Below are positions 49,537 through 59,007 of a DNA stretch of 64,000 nt, piece by piece. The stretch is from Anaeromyxobacteraceae bacterium. Lineage in GTDB: Bacteria > Myxococcota > Myxococcia > Myxococcales > Anaeromyxobacteraceae. The stretch is from NCBI GenBank assembly GCA_032654565.1, contig JAULAX010000009.1, forward strand, positions 256,001 to 320,000. Direction: 5' to 3'. Position 1 is the stretch's first letter, and each line of letters begins with the position of its first letter. The position numbers and the translations under genes were made by a program. A model generated the notes under the pieces. It was not told the origin of the DNA. It did not search any database and saw nothing but the letters and a program-made list of their open reading frames with translations.

Positions 49537-49867
49537 TGTCGGAGGCCCTCGGGCTCCGCGCATGGGCTCGCTCGCCGCGCCTGGCGAGCAGGCGGCCTTC
49601 CTCGTCAAGCTCCGGATCGGCGAGGTGCGCCAGCTGCTCGGTGAGACCGAGCGCCCAGAGCAGCCCGGCGTAGATGGCAATGCCGGTCGATGGCTTTCCC
49701 CTCTCGGCGTCTGCCACGACGTGCCGACCCACGCCCAGCTTCGCGGCGAGGGCCTCCATGGGCAGGTTCCGGCGAAGCCGAGCGGTGCGCAGGTTCGCGC
49801 CGAGCGTCCTCAGGGCTTGTTCGACCTGGTACGGGGGTGAAGCGAGAAGGGCATTTTTGGCAGCCAT
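49526..49867 (-). CDS. XRE-family HTH protein, probable HipB-like antitoxin
   Basis: LGANLRTARLRRNL...LAAKLGVGRHVVADAERGKPST; directly upstream of hipA. Confidence 0.88.
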   Translation of the reverse strand: MAAKNALLASPPYQVEQALRTLGANLRTARLRRNLPMEALAAKLGVGRHVVADAERGKPSTGIAIYAGLLWALGLTEQLAHLADPELDEEGRLLARRGERAHARSPRASDNDF

Positions 49868-49871
49868 GGTA

Positions 49872-49932
49872 TCTCAAGGCTACATCATGTCGCTTGATGG
49901 AGTCTTGAGACTACATACCAGCTTCGACATGA
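49872..49932. promoter_or_regulatory. Putative autoregulatory operator of the HipBA module
   Basis: TCTCAAGGCTACATCA-N7-TGATGGAGTCTTGAGA (14/16 inverted repeat); second dyad TCATGTCG (49885) / CGACATGA (49925). Confidence 0.65.
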
Positions 49933-49981
49933 CGCCTCAAACGCCGCCATCCGCCTTATACCCGGACGAGGTCCCTCTTTC

Positions 49982-50005
49982 GCGATTCCCGACGTCGGGA
50001 ATCGC
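49982..50005. repeat. Perfect 24-bp palindrome
   Basis: GCGATTCCCGACGTCGGGAATCGC equals its own reverse complement. Confidence 0.9.
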
Positions 50006-50058
50006 CAACGGGGGAGGCGCTCGCGGGCGAGTCGGCCGCCTCGACTCCGGGCCAGGAG

Positions 50059-53000
50059 CTAGCGCCCCGGCGCCGCCGGGCGGCGCAGGTCCTTGGACGG
50101 GGGCGGCGGCGGGCGGACCGGCTTCTGGGCCGCGATCTGCTTCAGCACCTCGGCCACGCCCCGCTCCAGCTGCGGGTCGCGCCCGGCGGCCAGGTCGGCC
50201 GGCAGGTTGTCGACCTCGATGTCCGGCGCCACGCCCTCGTTCTCCACCACCCAGCGGCCCGAGAGGTCGTAGATGCCGAACTCGGCCACGTTGCTGTAGC
50301 CGCCGTCCACCATGCCGGAGTAGAGGCCGCGGATGCCGACCACCCCGCCCCAGGTGCGCTGGCCGATCACCGGCCCGAGGCCGTAGGCGCGGAAGTAGTG
50401 CGGGAAGATGTCGCCGTCGGAGGCCGAGTACTGGTTGGCCAGCGCCACCATGGGGCCGCTGACCGCCGCCGCCGGGTAGGTGGTGGGGCGCTCCTCCCGC
50501 TGGTTGCTCATGCCCATGAGCCGGCGGCGCAGCCGCTCCAGGATCATCTGCGAGACGAAGCCACCGCCGTTGGAGCGGACGTCGACCACCAGCCCGGCCT
50601 TGGCGGACTGGGCGTAGAACTGCCGGATGAACTCGGTGAGGCCGCGGGCGCCCATGTCGGGGATGTGCAGGTACCCCACCTGGCCGCCGGAGAGCTGCTC
50701 CACCTTGCGGCGGTTGGACTCGACCCAGTCGAAGTAGCGCAGCTCCCACTCGTTGGCCAGGGGCTGCACCTGCACCTCGCGCGCCCCCTCGGCGGTGGGC
50801 CTGGCGTTCACCAGCAGCGTGACGGTCCGGCCGGGGGTCTGCGCCAGCAGCCGCGAGGGCTCGTCGCTCCCCGTCAGGGCCCGCCCGTCGATGGAGAGCA
50901 GGTAGTCGCCCTCGCTCACCTTGACGCCGGGGGCGGAGAGCGGCGTGGCCCGCCCCTCGACCCAGGGCTGGGCCGGGAGGATGCGGGCGATGCGCCAGCG
51001 GCCCGAGGCGGCGTCGAGCCGGAGGTCGGCGCCCAGCGTGCCCACCGGCACCCGCTCCACCTTGGGCAGGTCGCCGCCGCCCACGTAGGTGTGGCCGGTG
51101 CCGAGCTCGCCCACCAGCTCACCGAGCAGGTAGTTGAGGTCGAAGCGGTGGGTCACGTGCGGCAGGAGCGCGGCGTAGCGCGTCCGCATGGCCGGCCAGT
51201 CGACCTGGCCCATGTCCGGAAGGTAGAAGAAGTCGCGGAAGAGCCGCCAGGTCTCGGCGTAGATCTGGGCCCACTCGGCGCGCGGGTCCAGCTCCAGCTT
51301 GAGGCCGTCCAGCTTCAGGGCCCCCTCGCCCGACTTCAGCCCCTCCTTGGGCTCCACCAGCCCCCAGGCCTTGTCGGCCTTGTAGAGGAGCTTGGAGCCG
51401 TCGGCGGCCACCTCGTAGCGCTCCACCGCCGGGAGCAGCTCCAGCTCCTTGCGCTTCTCGAGATCGAAGCTCTTGACCGCCCCCTTCTGCGGCCCGGGCC
51501 CGGCCCCAAGCTCCTGGGTGGGGAGCGAACGCCAGTAGAGCTTCCCCTTGGCCAGCTGCAGCCCGCGGTAGTTGCCCGGCTGGACCGGGAAGGGGACGAT
51601 CCGCTGCTGGATGCCGGCCAGGTCGACGGTGACCGGCTCGGCCGGCTTCTTCCCCTTCTTCTCCTCCTCCTTCTTCTCCCCGTCCTTCTTCTCGTCCTTC
51701 GGCTCCGCGACCTTCACCTCGTCGCTGCGCGGCGCGAACGGCGAGGGGAGGTTGGCCCTCAGCGTGATGGCGTGCGGCCGGGTCATCTTGTTGACCGTGT
51801 AGGAGCGCTCCAGGTGGCCCAGGGTGGGAGCCACGTCACGGTCGGAGAGCAGGTAGAGGGTCTTGCCGTCGGGGTCGAAGATCGGCTCGCCCGAGTCGAA
51901 GCCGTCGGCAGTCACCTGGGTGGAGACCTTCCGATCGAGCGAGTAGAGGAAGACCGCCGAGGTGTCGGCGGCGGTGTCGGTGGCGTAGGCCAGCCAGCGG
52001 CCGTCCGGCGACCAGGCGTACTCGTCGATCTCGCGCTGCGGGGCCTTCACCGCCAGCTGTGGCTTCCGGTCCGCCAGCGAGACCCACCAGAGCCGCAGCC
52101 CGCGGTCGGCCCAGGCCAGCTTGGAGGAGTCGGGGGACCAGGCCGGCGGGAAGTGCCAGGTGGGCGGCCCGCTGGTGAGCTGGATCGGCTTCGACCGGCC
52201 GTCCTGCGCCACCACGTAGAGCTCCTCCTCGCCGGTGGCGTCGGACCAGTAGGCGAGCCAGCGCCCGTCCGGCGACCAGGTGGCGTTGCGCTCGCGCACC
52301 CCGGAGCTCCGGGTCAGGTTGCGCACGTCGCCGTGCTCGGCCGGCACGGTGAAGACCTCGCCCCGGGCCGTGAAGGCCACCCGCTTGCCGTCGGGCGAGA
52401 GCGAGGCGTCGCTGACCTGCTCGGCCACGTTGACCCAGCGCGGGCGGGCGAAGCGGGCGTCGTCGGGGAGCTGCACCACCACCTGCCGCACCTTCCCGTC
52501 CTTCGGATCGAACAGCTGGATGGCGCCGCCGTTCTCGAAGACCAGGCGGTCCTGGCCGGCGTGGGCCCACTTGCAGTCGAACTCCTTGAAGTCGGTGACG
52601 CGGGCGTGGGCCCGGGTGGCCAGGTCGTAGCGCCACAGGTTGACCTTCCAGTCGTCGCGGTCGGAGAGGTAGTAGACCGCCCCGCCGATCCACATGGGCT
52701 GGGTGTCGGTGCCGCGCCAGTCGGTGATCCGCTCCACGCCGTGGGTGGCGAGGTCGTAGAGCCAGACGTCCTGGGCCATGCCGCCCTGGTAGCGCTTCCA
52801 CTGGCGGAAGTCGCGGAAGATGCGGGTGATGGCGGCCCGCTTCCCATCGGGCGAGAAGCCGACGTGGCCCGCCTCGGCGATGGGGTAGCGCTCCACCGGG
52901 CCGCCCTCGGGACGGACCGCCCAGGGCTCGCCGCCGAAGCCGCCGTTCGGACCGCGCTGGCTGCGGAAGAGGATGCGCCCGTCGGGCGTCCAGCCCAGCA

Positions 53001-53418
53001 CCACGTTGTCGAAGCCCATCCGGTCGGAGTTGTCGCGGGAGGGGTACCAGGTGAGCCGGCGCGGCTCGCCGCCGGTGGCCGGGATGACGTAGACGTCGGC
53101 CGCGCCCTCGCCGGTGGCGGTGTAGGCGATCCAGCGGCCGTCGGGCGAGAAGCGGGGGAAGACCTCCACGCCGTCGCCGCTGGTGAGCCGGCGCGCCAGG
53201 CCCCCCGCGGCCGGCACCGTCCAGAGATCGCCGCCGTGCGAGAAGGCGATGGTGTCGCCGTGGATGTCCGGGAAGCGCAGCAGCCGCGCCTCGCCGGCCA
53301 GGGCGGGCCAGGCGGCCTGGAGGGCCAGGGCGAGGGTGGCCAGCGCGAGGCGCCGCGCCCCCCTGGCGGCGAGGGCGGCGAGGCGGCGGCGCGGGGGTGA
53401 GGCGAGACGGTCGGGCAT
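50059..53418 (-). CDS. Tricorn protease (S41 family)
   Basis: LLRFPDIHGD, repeated WSPDG propeller blades, PDZ region, DVRSNGGG, SASDGD, IGQRTWGG. Confidence 0.94.
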   Translation of the reverse strand: MPDRLASPPRRRLAALAARGARRLALATLALALQAAWPALAGEARLLRFPDIHGDTIAFSHGGDLWTVPAAGGLARRLTSGDGVEVFPRFSPDGRWIAYTATGEGAADVYVIPATGGEPRRLTWYPSRDNSDRMGFDNVVLGWTPDGRILFRSQRGPNGGFGGEPWAVRPEGGPVERYPIAEAGHVGFSPDGKRAAITRIFRDFRQWKRYQGGMAQDVWLYDLATHGVERITDWRGTDTQPMWIGGAVYYLSDRDDWKVNLWRYDLATRAHARVTDFKEFDCKWAHAGQDRLVFENGGAIQLFDPKDGKVRQVVVQLPDDARFARPRWVNVAEQVSDASLSPDGKRVAFTARGEVFTVPAEHGDVRNLTRSSGVRERNATWSPDGRWLAYWSDATGEEELYVVAQDGRSKPIQLTSGPPTWHFPPAWSPDSSKLAWADRGLRLWWVSLADRKPQLAVKAPQREIDEYAWSPDGRWLAYATDTAADTSAVFLYSLDRKVSTQVTADGFDSGEPIFDPDGKTLYLLSDRDVAPTLGHLERSYTVNKMTRPHAITLRANLPSPFAPRSDEVKVAEPKDEKKDGEKKEEEKKGKKPAEPVTVDLAGIQQRIVPFPVQPGNYRGLQLAKGKLYWRSLPTQELGAGPGPQKGAVKSFDLEKRKELELLPAVERYEVAADGSKLLYKADKAWGLVEPKEGLKSGEGALKLDGLKLELDPRAEWAQIYAETWRLFRDFFYLPDMGQVDWPAMRTRYAALLPHVTHRFDLNYLLGELVGELGTGHTYVGGGDLPKVERVPVGTLGADLRLDAASGRWRIARILPAQPWVEGRATPLSAPGVKVSEGDYLLSIDGRALTGSDEPSRLLAQTPGRTVTLLVNARPTAEGAREVQVQPLANEWELRYFDWVESNRRKVEQLSGGQVGYLHIPDMGARGLTEFIRQFYAQSAKAGLVVDVRSNGGGFVSQMILERLRRRLMGMSNQREERPTTYPAAAVSGPMVALANQYSASDGDIFPHYFRAYGLGPVIGQRTWGGVVGIRGLYSGMVDGGYSNVAEFGIYDLSGRWVVENEGVAPDIEVDNLPADLAAGRDPQLERGVAEVLKQIAAQKPVRPPPPPSKDLRRPAAPGR

Positions 53419-53488
53419 GGGGAGCCTCCTGGGGCCGGCAGCCTACCGCACCTCGGTGCGCCGGTCCCGGCTCCTCAACGGGGCGTCG

Positions 53489-54511
53489 CTACGGCCCCTC
53501 CTTCTCCTGCATCTCCATCAGCTCCGGCGTGGTGGCGCGCAGCATCCCCGACTGCACGTACCAGCGCAGGGTGTCGCCCACCGACTCGTCGAAGGGGCGG
53601 ATGGTGTACCCCAGCTCGCGCTGCGCCTTGGCGCTGGTGACGAAGGTGTAGAGCGCGCTGGCCCGCAGCAGGTCGGGGTGGATGGCAGGCACCGGCCCGC
53701 CGACGCCGGCCAGCAGCCCCATGGCGCGGATGGCCAGGGTGGCCAGGGTGTAGGGGACGCGCTGCGGCGACGGCACGCCGGCCATCCGGCAGATCCGCCC
53801 CAGCGCCTCGTCCATGGTCAGGTTGTGGCCGCCGAGGATGTAGGCCTCCCCCACCCGCCCGCGCTCCAGCGCCGCCACGTGGCCGCGGGCCACGTCGCGG
53901 GCGTCGCAGAAGCTGGCGCCGCCCTGCACGTAGACCGGCATCTTCCTCTTGGCCAGCGACATCACCAGCGCCGCCGAGGAGCGGTAGATGTCGCCGGGCC
54001 CGAGCACGAAGGAGGGGCGCACCACCACCAGCGGCAGGCCGCGGGCGGCCAGGTCGAGGGCGGTCTCCTCGCCGCGCTTCTTGGAGACGAAGTAGTGGAG
54101 CCCCAGGGTCTCGGCGCTGGAGGTGGTCTCCTCGTCCATCACCCGCGGCACCCGGGCGCCGCCCAGCACCGCCGTCGACGAGGTGAGCACCGCCCGCTCG
54201 ACGCCGGCCGCCAGCGCCGCCCCCAGCACCACCTCGACCCCCCCGGCGTTGATGGCGAAGAGCTTCTTGCGGTCGCCGGCGATGTCGGCCACCCCGGCGG
54301 CGTGGATCACCGCCTGGCAACCGCGCAGCGCCTCCTCGACGCTGGGCCGGTCGAGCACCTCGCCGAGCGCCAGCTCCACCCGGGTCCGGTCCAGGTTGGA
54401 GAGGTCGGAGCTGGGGCGGACCAGCGCCCGCACCGCGTGGCCGCGGGCCAGCAGCTCGGCGACCACGGCGCCGCCGACCAGCCCGGTGCCGCCGGTGACC
54501 AGGACCTTCAT
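53489..54511 (-). CDS. NAD-dependent epimerase/dehydratase (dihydroflavonol reductase/HpnA-like)
   Basis: VTGGTGLVG, TSST, YFVSK, DVARGH. Confidence 0.9.
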   Translation of the reverse strand: MKVLVTGGTGLVGGAVVAELLARGHAVRALVRPSSDLSNLDRTRVELALGEVLDRPSVEEALRGCQAVIHAAGVADIAGDRKKLFAINAGGVEVVLGAALAAGVERAVLTSSTAVLGGARVPRVMDEETTSSAETLGLHYFVSKKRGEETALDLAARGLPLVVVRPSFVLGPGDIYRSSAALVMSLAKRKMPVYVQGGASFCDARDVARGHVAALERGRVGEAYILGGHNLTMDEALGRICRMAGVPSPQRVPYTLATLAIRAMGLLAGVGGPVPAIHPDLLRASALYTFVTSAKAQRELGYTIRPFDESVGDTLRWYVQSGMLRATTPELMEMQEKEGP

Positions 54512-54885
54512 GCCGGGCCGCCTCCCGCCGGGCCGAGGCGCCGGACCAGCGCCAGCAGCTCGTCGAGCTCGAAGGGCTTCTGCAGGACGGCGTCGGCCGC
54601 CCTCCCCGCCTCGCCCACGGCGCGGGTCCCGGTCATCAGCACCGCCGGGATCGAGCCGTGCGTGGCGTCGGCGCGCAGCCAGGCCAGGAACTGGCCGCCG
54701 CCCATCCCCGGCATGATCAGGTCGACCAGGATCAGGTCGGGCCGGCTGGCGGCGATCCGCTCCTGCCCCTCGGCGCCGTCGCGGGCCAGCTCGACGCGGA
54801 ACCCCTCGAACCGGAGGTAGTCGTGCAGCGTCTCACGGATGCCCGCGTCGTCCTCGATGACGAGAATCGCTCCGGCGTCCCCCAC
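54508..54885 (-). CDS. Single-domain response regulator
   Basis: LVIEDD, LVDLIMP, MTG, LQKPF. Confidence 0.88.
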   Translation of the reverse strand: MGDAGAILVIEDDAGIRETLHDYLRFEGFRVELARDGAEGQERIAASRPDLILVDLIMPGMGGGQFLAWLRADATHGSIPAVLMTGTRAVGEAGRAADAVLQKPFELDELLALVRRLGPAGGGPA

Positions 54886-54960
54886 CCCGCGACTCTAGCA
54901 CCAACCGGCCGGACCGCGACCGCGGGCCCCGGACGGCCGCCGGCGCGGGCCCGGCGGTCC

Positions 54961-56910
54961 TCATCCCCCCGGCCTGAAGCGCCGCTCGATCCGGGTCCGC
55001 AGCAGCTCCAGCAGCCCCTCCTCGGCCAGCCCGGCCTCCGGCGCCAGCCGCAGCGACAGCCCGCGCAGCCCCGCCACCGGCGCGCCGGGCGCCAGCGGCC
55101 TGGACCGGGCCCCACCCGGCACCAGCCGCAGCAGCTCCCGTGTCACCGGCGCCTCGTAGACCTCCAGGTAGAGCTCGGCGAAGCGGGCCAGCAGCTCCCG
55201 GACCTTCAGCCCCTCCTGCTGCGCCGGCAGGAGCTGGAAGCCGACGGTGACGCCACCCAGCGCCACCCGCTGCTCCACCACCAGCCCGAGCGCCTGCGAG
55301 ACGGGCGCCAGCGCCTCCAGCCCCTCGGCCTCGCCGTAGCGCCAGTAGCTCCGCAGCACGCCGCCGCAGCGCGGGCAGACCACCCCGTGCCGCTCGTCGA
55401 GGCCGCGGGTGCGCAGCAGGTGCAGCCCCAGCACCGGCCGGCGGCAGCGCCCGCAGCGCTCCTCCGGCCCCAGGGCGCCGAGCACGGCGCGCGCCACTGC
55501 CGCCACCGCCCCGTGCTCCAGCGCCAGCCGGACCCCGGCCGCCAGCCCCGCCTCGGCCAGCTGCGGCCCGGCCACCACCTCCTCGTCGCCGAGCCGCGCC
55601 CCCACCTCGAGGTGGCGCGGCGCCCGGGCCAGCGCCTCGGCGAAGGCCGGCGCCCCCGGCCAGGCCGCCCGCATCACCTCCCAGCGCGCCGCCAGCCCGG
55701 CCGCCTCGGCCACCGCGGGCGGCGGGCGATCCCCGGCCGCCTCCAGCAGGAAGGCCAGCACCGTCAGCCCCGCCTCCCACGGCGAGCGGGTGGCCGCCTC
55801 CTCCAGCCAGCGGGCCAGGGTCCGGGCCGGGGCCCCGGCCCGGGCCAGGTCGAGCCGGGCCGCGCTCCGGCGCACCAGGGCGCTCTCCGCCAGCGGGTCG
55901 AACGGCCGCCGCGCCACCGCGCCGGCTCCCTTCTTCTCGAGATCGCTCATCACGCTCCGTCGCTCCCTTCCCAGCACCTTCGCCGCCCGGGCCACGGCGT
56001 CGAGCCGCGCCAGCGCATCGGCGCCGGCCGCCGCCGCCTCGGCCCCCAGCGCGGCCGCCTCCTCCTCGAGGAGGTCGCGCCCCTCCCGCCGCCGCGCCTG
56101 GCTCTCCCGCCAGAGCCGGGCCGTCTCGGTGTGCTCCAGCCGGTCGCGCTCGCGGGTGAGCGACGCCGCCACCCGCCGCAGCTGCTCGACCCGCCGCTCG
56201 AGGTGGGCCCGCCGCTCCTCGGCCGTCAGGTCGCCGGGCGGCTCGCCGGCCCCCACCTTCTCGGCCATCAGCTCCAGCGCGGTCCGGTCCTGGGCCGCCC
56301 AGGCGGCGTTGACGCGGGCCATCAGGTCGCCGAGCCGCCGCCGCTCCTCGTCGGTCTGCGCCAGGTCGGGGTGGAGCAGCCGCGCCAGCCGACGGTAGAG
56401 CTGCTTCAGCTCGGCGGCCAGCTTCTCGGCGGTGGGCACCTCCACCGGCTGTTCCACGGGGCCTGGCCTGGCCGCGGCCGCGGCCGCGTCATCGTCCTCG
56501 GCCGTCGCCGCCTCGGGGCCGGCGCCCCACGGCCGCGCCGCCACCGCCCGCCGGACCGCCGCCCCGGCGCGCCGCGCCCCCTTCCGCGGGGCCCCGCCGC
56601 GCGTCGCCGCCACCCGGGCCCGCTCCAGCTCCAGCGCCTCGGCGAGGGCGCGCAGCCGTCGCACCAGCCGGGCCCGGCGCGCCAGGTCGGCGTCGGGCGG
56701 GCCGAGCCGACGCTCCACCTCGGCGGCGAAGCGGTCGAGCTCGGCGGAGAGCGCCTCGACCTCGGCGTCGAGCGCCCCCACCTGCCCGAGCAGGTCGGCC
56801 AGCAGGGCCTGCGCCTCGGCGTCCGGGTGGGGCGGGCGCTCGCCCACCGGCACCAGGGCCCGGCGGGTGGCCAGGTGGCGCTCGTCGCTCGCCCTGTGGC
56901 GCCGGTCCAT
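54961..56910 (-). CDS. J-domain-containing coiled-coil protein with C-terminal Zn-ribbon-like motif
   Basis: LKQLYRRLARLLHPDL...MARVNAAW; CGRC...CPRC; probable ATG at 56910. Confidence 0.75.
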   Translation of the reverse strand: MDRRHRASDERHLATRRALVPVGERPPHPDAEAQALLADLLGQVGALDAEVEALSAELDRFAAEVERRLGPPDADLARRARLVRRLRALAEALELERARVAATRGGAPRKGARRAGAAVRRAVAARPWGAGPEAATAEDDDAAAAAARPGPVEQPVEVPTAEKLAAELKQLYRRLARLLHPDLAQTDEERRRLGDLMARVNAAWAAQDRTALELMAEKVGAGEPPGDLTAEERRAHLERRVEQLRRVAASLTRERDRLEHTETARLWRESQARRREGRDLLEEEAAALGAEAAAAGADALARLDAVARAAKVLGRERRSVMSDLEKKGAGAVARRPFDPLAESALVRRSAARLDLARAGAPARTLARWLEEAATRSPWEAGLTVLAFLLEAAGDRPPPAVAEAAGLAARWEVMRAAWPGAPAFAEALARAPRHLEVGARLGDEEVVAGPQLAEAGLAAGVRLALEHGAVAAVARAVLGALGPEERCGRCRRPVLGLHLLRTRGLDERHGVVCPRCGGVLRSYWRYGEAEGLEALAPVSQALGLVVEQRVALGGVTVGFQLLPAQQEGLKVRELLARFAELYLEVYEAPVTRELLRLVPGGARSRPLAPGAPVAGLRGLSLRLAPEAGLAEEGLLELLRTRIERRFRPGG

Positions 56911-57049
56911 AGGCGGCGGAGCATAAGGCGGCGGTCCACCGCTGGCCACCCCGGGCGCGCCCCGGCGCGAAGGGCGCGGGGGCCCGAAAGAGAAGGGCGG
57001 CCGCCCCGTGGGGGGCGCCGCCCTCTGCACCAGCTCCAGCCGGTAGCGG

Positions 57050-57289
57050 CTAGGTCTTCTTGGGCTCGTCCTTCTTGTCGCCCTTGTGCTTGCAGTGCTC
57101 GCAAGCGCACTTGTCGCCGCACTTGCACTTGCCGTCAGCGCCCTTGCACTGGCAGCCCTTGTCGTCCTTCTTCTGGGCCTGGGCGGTGTCGTTCTTGTGC
57201 GGGCAGCTCTTGGCGCAGTCGTCGCAGGCCGAGGCCGGGGTGGCGAAGAAGGCGAGGGCGGCGGCGGCGCCGAGGAGGTACTTCATCAT
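57050..57289 (-). CDS. Small exported Cys/Lys-rich metallothionein-like protein
   Basis: AAGGAG SD; signal peptide ending ASA; mature CDDCAKSCPH...CQC...CKC...CACEHC (10 Cys, 3 His). Confidence 0.8.
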   Translation of the reverse strand: MMKYLLGAAAALAFFATPASACDDCAKSCPHKNDTAQAQKKDDKGCQCKGADGKCKCGDKCACEHCKHKGDKKDEPKKT

Positions 57290-57344
57290 GTGGTGCTCCT
57301 TGGTATGCGGCCGCGCAGCGGCCTGGGTTGCGCTTGAGGCGGCC

Positions 57345-57374
57345 AACATAGGCCCGCCGTTTCACGCCTGTCAA
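57345..57374 (-). promoter_or_regulatory. sigma70-type promoter of the Cys-rich peptide gene
   Basis: TTGACA-N18-TATGTT. Confidence 0.65.
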
Positions 57375-57463
57375 TGTGGCGTGGCCCCGCGCCGGGCGCG
57401 TCCCCGGCCGCCTCCCCGGGGCTGTTTGTGCGTGGCGGAATCAGCGGTTAGAGTGCGCCCCCG

Positions 57464-58588
57464 ATGAACCACCTCGACCCCGACAAGCTGCTGGCCCTCC
57501 TGCGCGATCCCAACGTCGAGAGCGCCCAGATCGCCGAGGCGGTCGGCGTCCCGCGCGAGGAGGCCGGCCGCGCCGCGCGCCTCCTGCTGACGCTCGGTCG
57601 CGCCAAGGCCGAGGAGGTGGCCACCCTGCCCGCCCCGCTGGCCGCCGCCGTGCTCCACGCCGCCGCCCTGGCCGGCCGCGTCGACCTGGTGGCGGCGCTG
57701 GCGGCCCGCGAGGAGAAGGAGGTCTCCAAGGAGGCCAAGCGGCAGCTCCACAAGCTGAAGCTGCGCGGCGTGGTCATCCCCGAGCCGCCCCCCCTGGCCC
57801 CGGCCCTGACGCCCCCGCCCGAGGCGCCGCCGGTCGCCTACGGCTCCACCTTCGACGGCCACGGCGAGCGCGCCGTCTGGCTCCCCCGCAACGTGCCGGG
57901 GCGCGGGCTGGAGGTGGCCCAGGCGGTCTGCTCCGACCAGCGCGGCCTCATCGAGCTCCACCTCGGCCTGGTGGGGCGCAAGGAGTGGCGCGCCTTCGTG
58001 AAGGGGCTGCTGGACCGCGCCGCCGCCATGGGCGTCTCCGAGCTGGCCTGGGGCGAGGCCCACGCCCGCATCGCCGCGGCGCGCGCCGGCAACGAGCGCT
58101 CCGGGCAGCGGGTGCCCGACGGCGCCGACCAGTGGCTCGGCCAGCTCGGCCCGCCGCCCCTCCCCGCCAACCCGGCCGCGGCGCTGCCGCCGCTCGACCC
58201 GGTGGCGGAGGGCGCGGCGCTGGCGGCCTCGGCGGCCCTGCACGATCACCCGCTGCTGCGCGGCTGGCTGGCCGAGGAGCCCTTCCTGCGCGAGGTGGCG
58301 ACGGCGCTCGACGCGGTGGAGAAGTCACCGCTGGCGCTCGAGGCCGCCGAGAAGGCGGCGCGGCGGCGGGAGCTGGTGCAGGAGGCGGTGGCGCGGTACT
58401 TCACCCCGGAGCGGCGCGCCCGGCTGGCCAGCCGGCTGCTGGAGGTGGCGGCCTGGTTCGCCGGGGCCGGCCACGCCGAGCAGGCGGCGCAGGCGGCCGC
58501 CGCGGCCCGGGCCCTGGCCGCCGGGGTCCCGCCCGGCCAGCTCCCCTTCGCCGCCCGGCTCGTCGAGAAGGCCTTCAAGGTCGAATGA
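57464..58588 (+). CDS. Hypothetical helical protein
   Basis: Codon bias; ATGA coupling to the next gene. Confidence 0.8.
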   Translation: MNHLDPDKLLALLRDPNVESAQIAEAVGVPREEAGRAARLLLTLGRAKAEEVATLPAPLAAAVLHAAALAGRVDLVAALAAREEKEVSKEAKRQLHKLKLRGVVIPEPPPLAPALTPPPEAPPVAYGSTFDGHGERAVWLPRNVPGRGLEVAQAVCSDQRGLIELHLGLVGRKEWRAFVKGLLDRAAAMGVSELAWGEAHARIAAARAGNERSGQRVPDGADQWLGQLGPPPLPANPAAALPPLDPVAEGAALAASAALHDHPLLRGWLAEEPFLREVATALDAVEKSPLALEAAEKAARRRELVQEAVARYFTPERRARLASRLLEVAAWFAGAGHAEQAAQAAAAARALAAGVPPGQLPFAARLVEKAFKVE

Positions 58589-59007
58589 CCGGTCACCGCA
58601 ACCCTGCGCCCACCGTGGACGTGGTCATCTCGCTGCCCGGCGACCGGGTGGTGCTGGTGGCGCGCCGCTTCGAGCCGGTGGGCTGGGCGCTCCCCGGCGG
58701 CTTCGTCGACGAGGGCGAGACGGTGGAGGCGGCGGCGGTGCGCGAGGCCCGCGAGGAGACCGGCCTCTCGGTGACGCTCACCGACCTGCTCTGGGTCTAC
58801 TCCGATCCCCGCCGCGACGCCCGCCGCCACACCCTGAGCACCGTCTTCCTGGGGCGCGCCGACGGCCAGCCGCGCGGCGGCGACGACGCCGCCGAGGCCC
58901 GGGCCTTCGCCTGGGGGGCGCTGCCGGCGGCGCTCTGCTTCGACCACGCCGAGATCCTCGCCGACGCCCGGCGCCTGCTCCTCACCGGCACCCGGCGCCG
59001 CCCGTGA
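58585..59007 (+). CDS. NUDIX hydrolase
   Basis: PGGFVDEGETVEAAAVREAREETGL Nudix box; YSDPRRD, GDDA, FDH. Confidence 0.93.
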   Translation: MTGHRNPAPTVDVVISLPGDRVVLVARRFEPVGWALPGGFVDEGETVEAAAVREAREETGLSVTLTDLLWVYSDPRRDARRHTLSTVFLGRADGQPRGGDDAAEARAFAWGALPAALCFDHAEILADARRLLLTGTRRRP

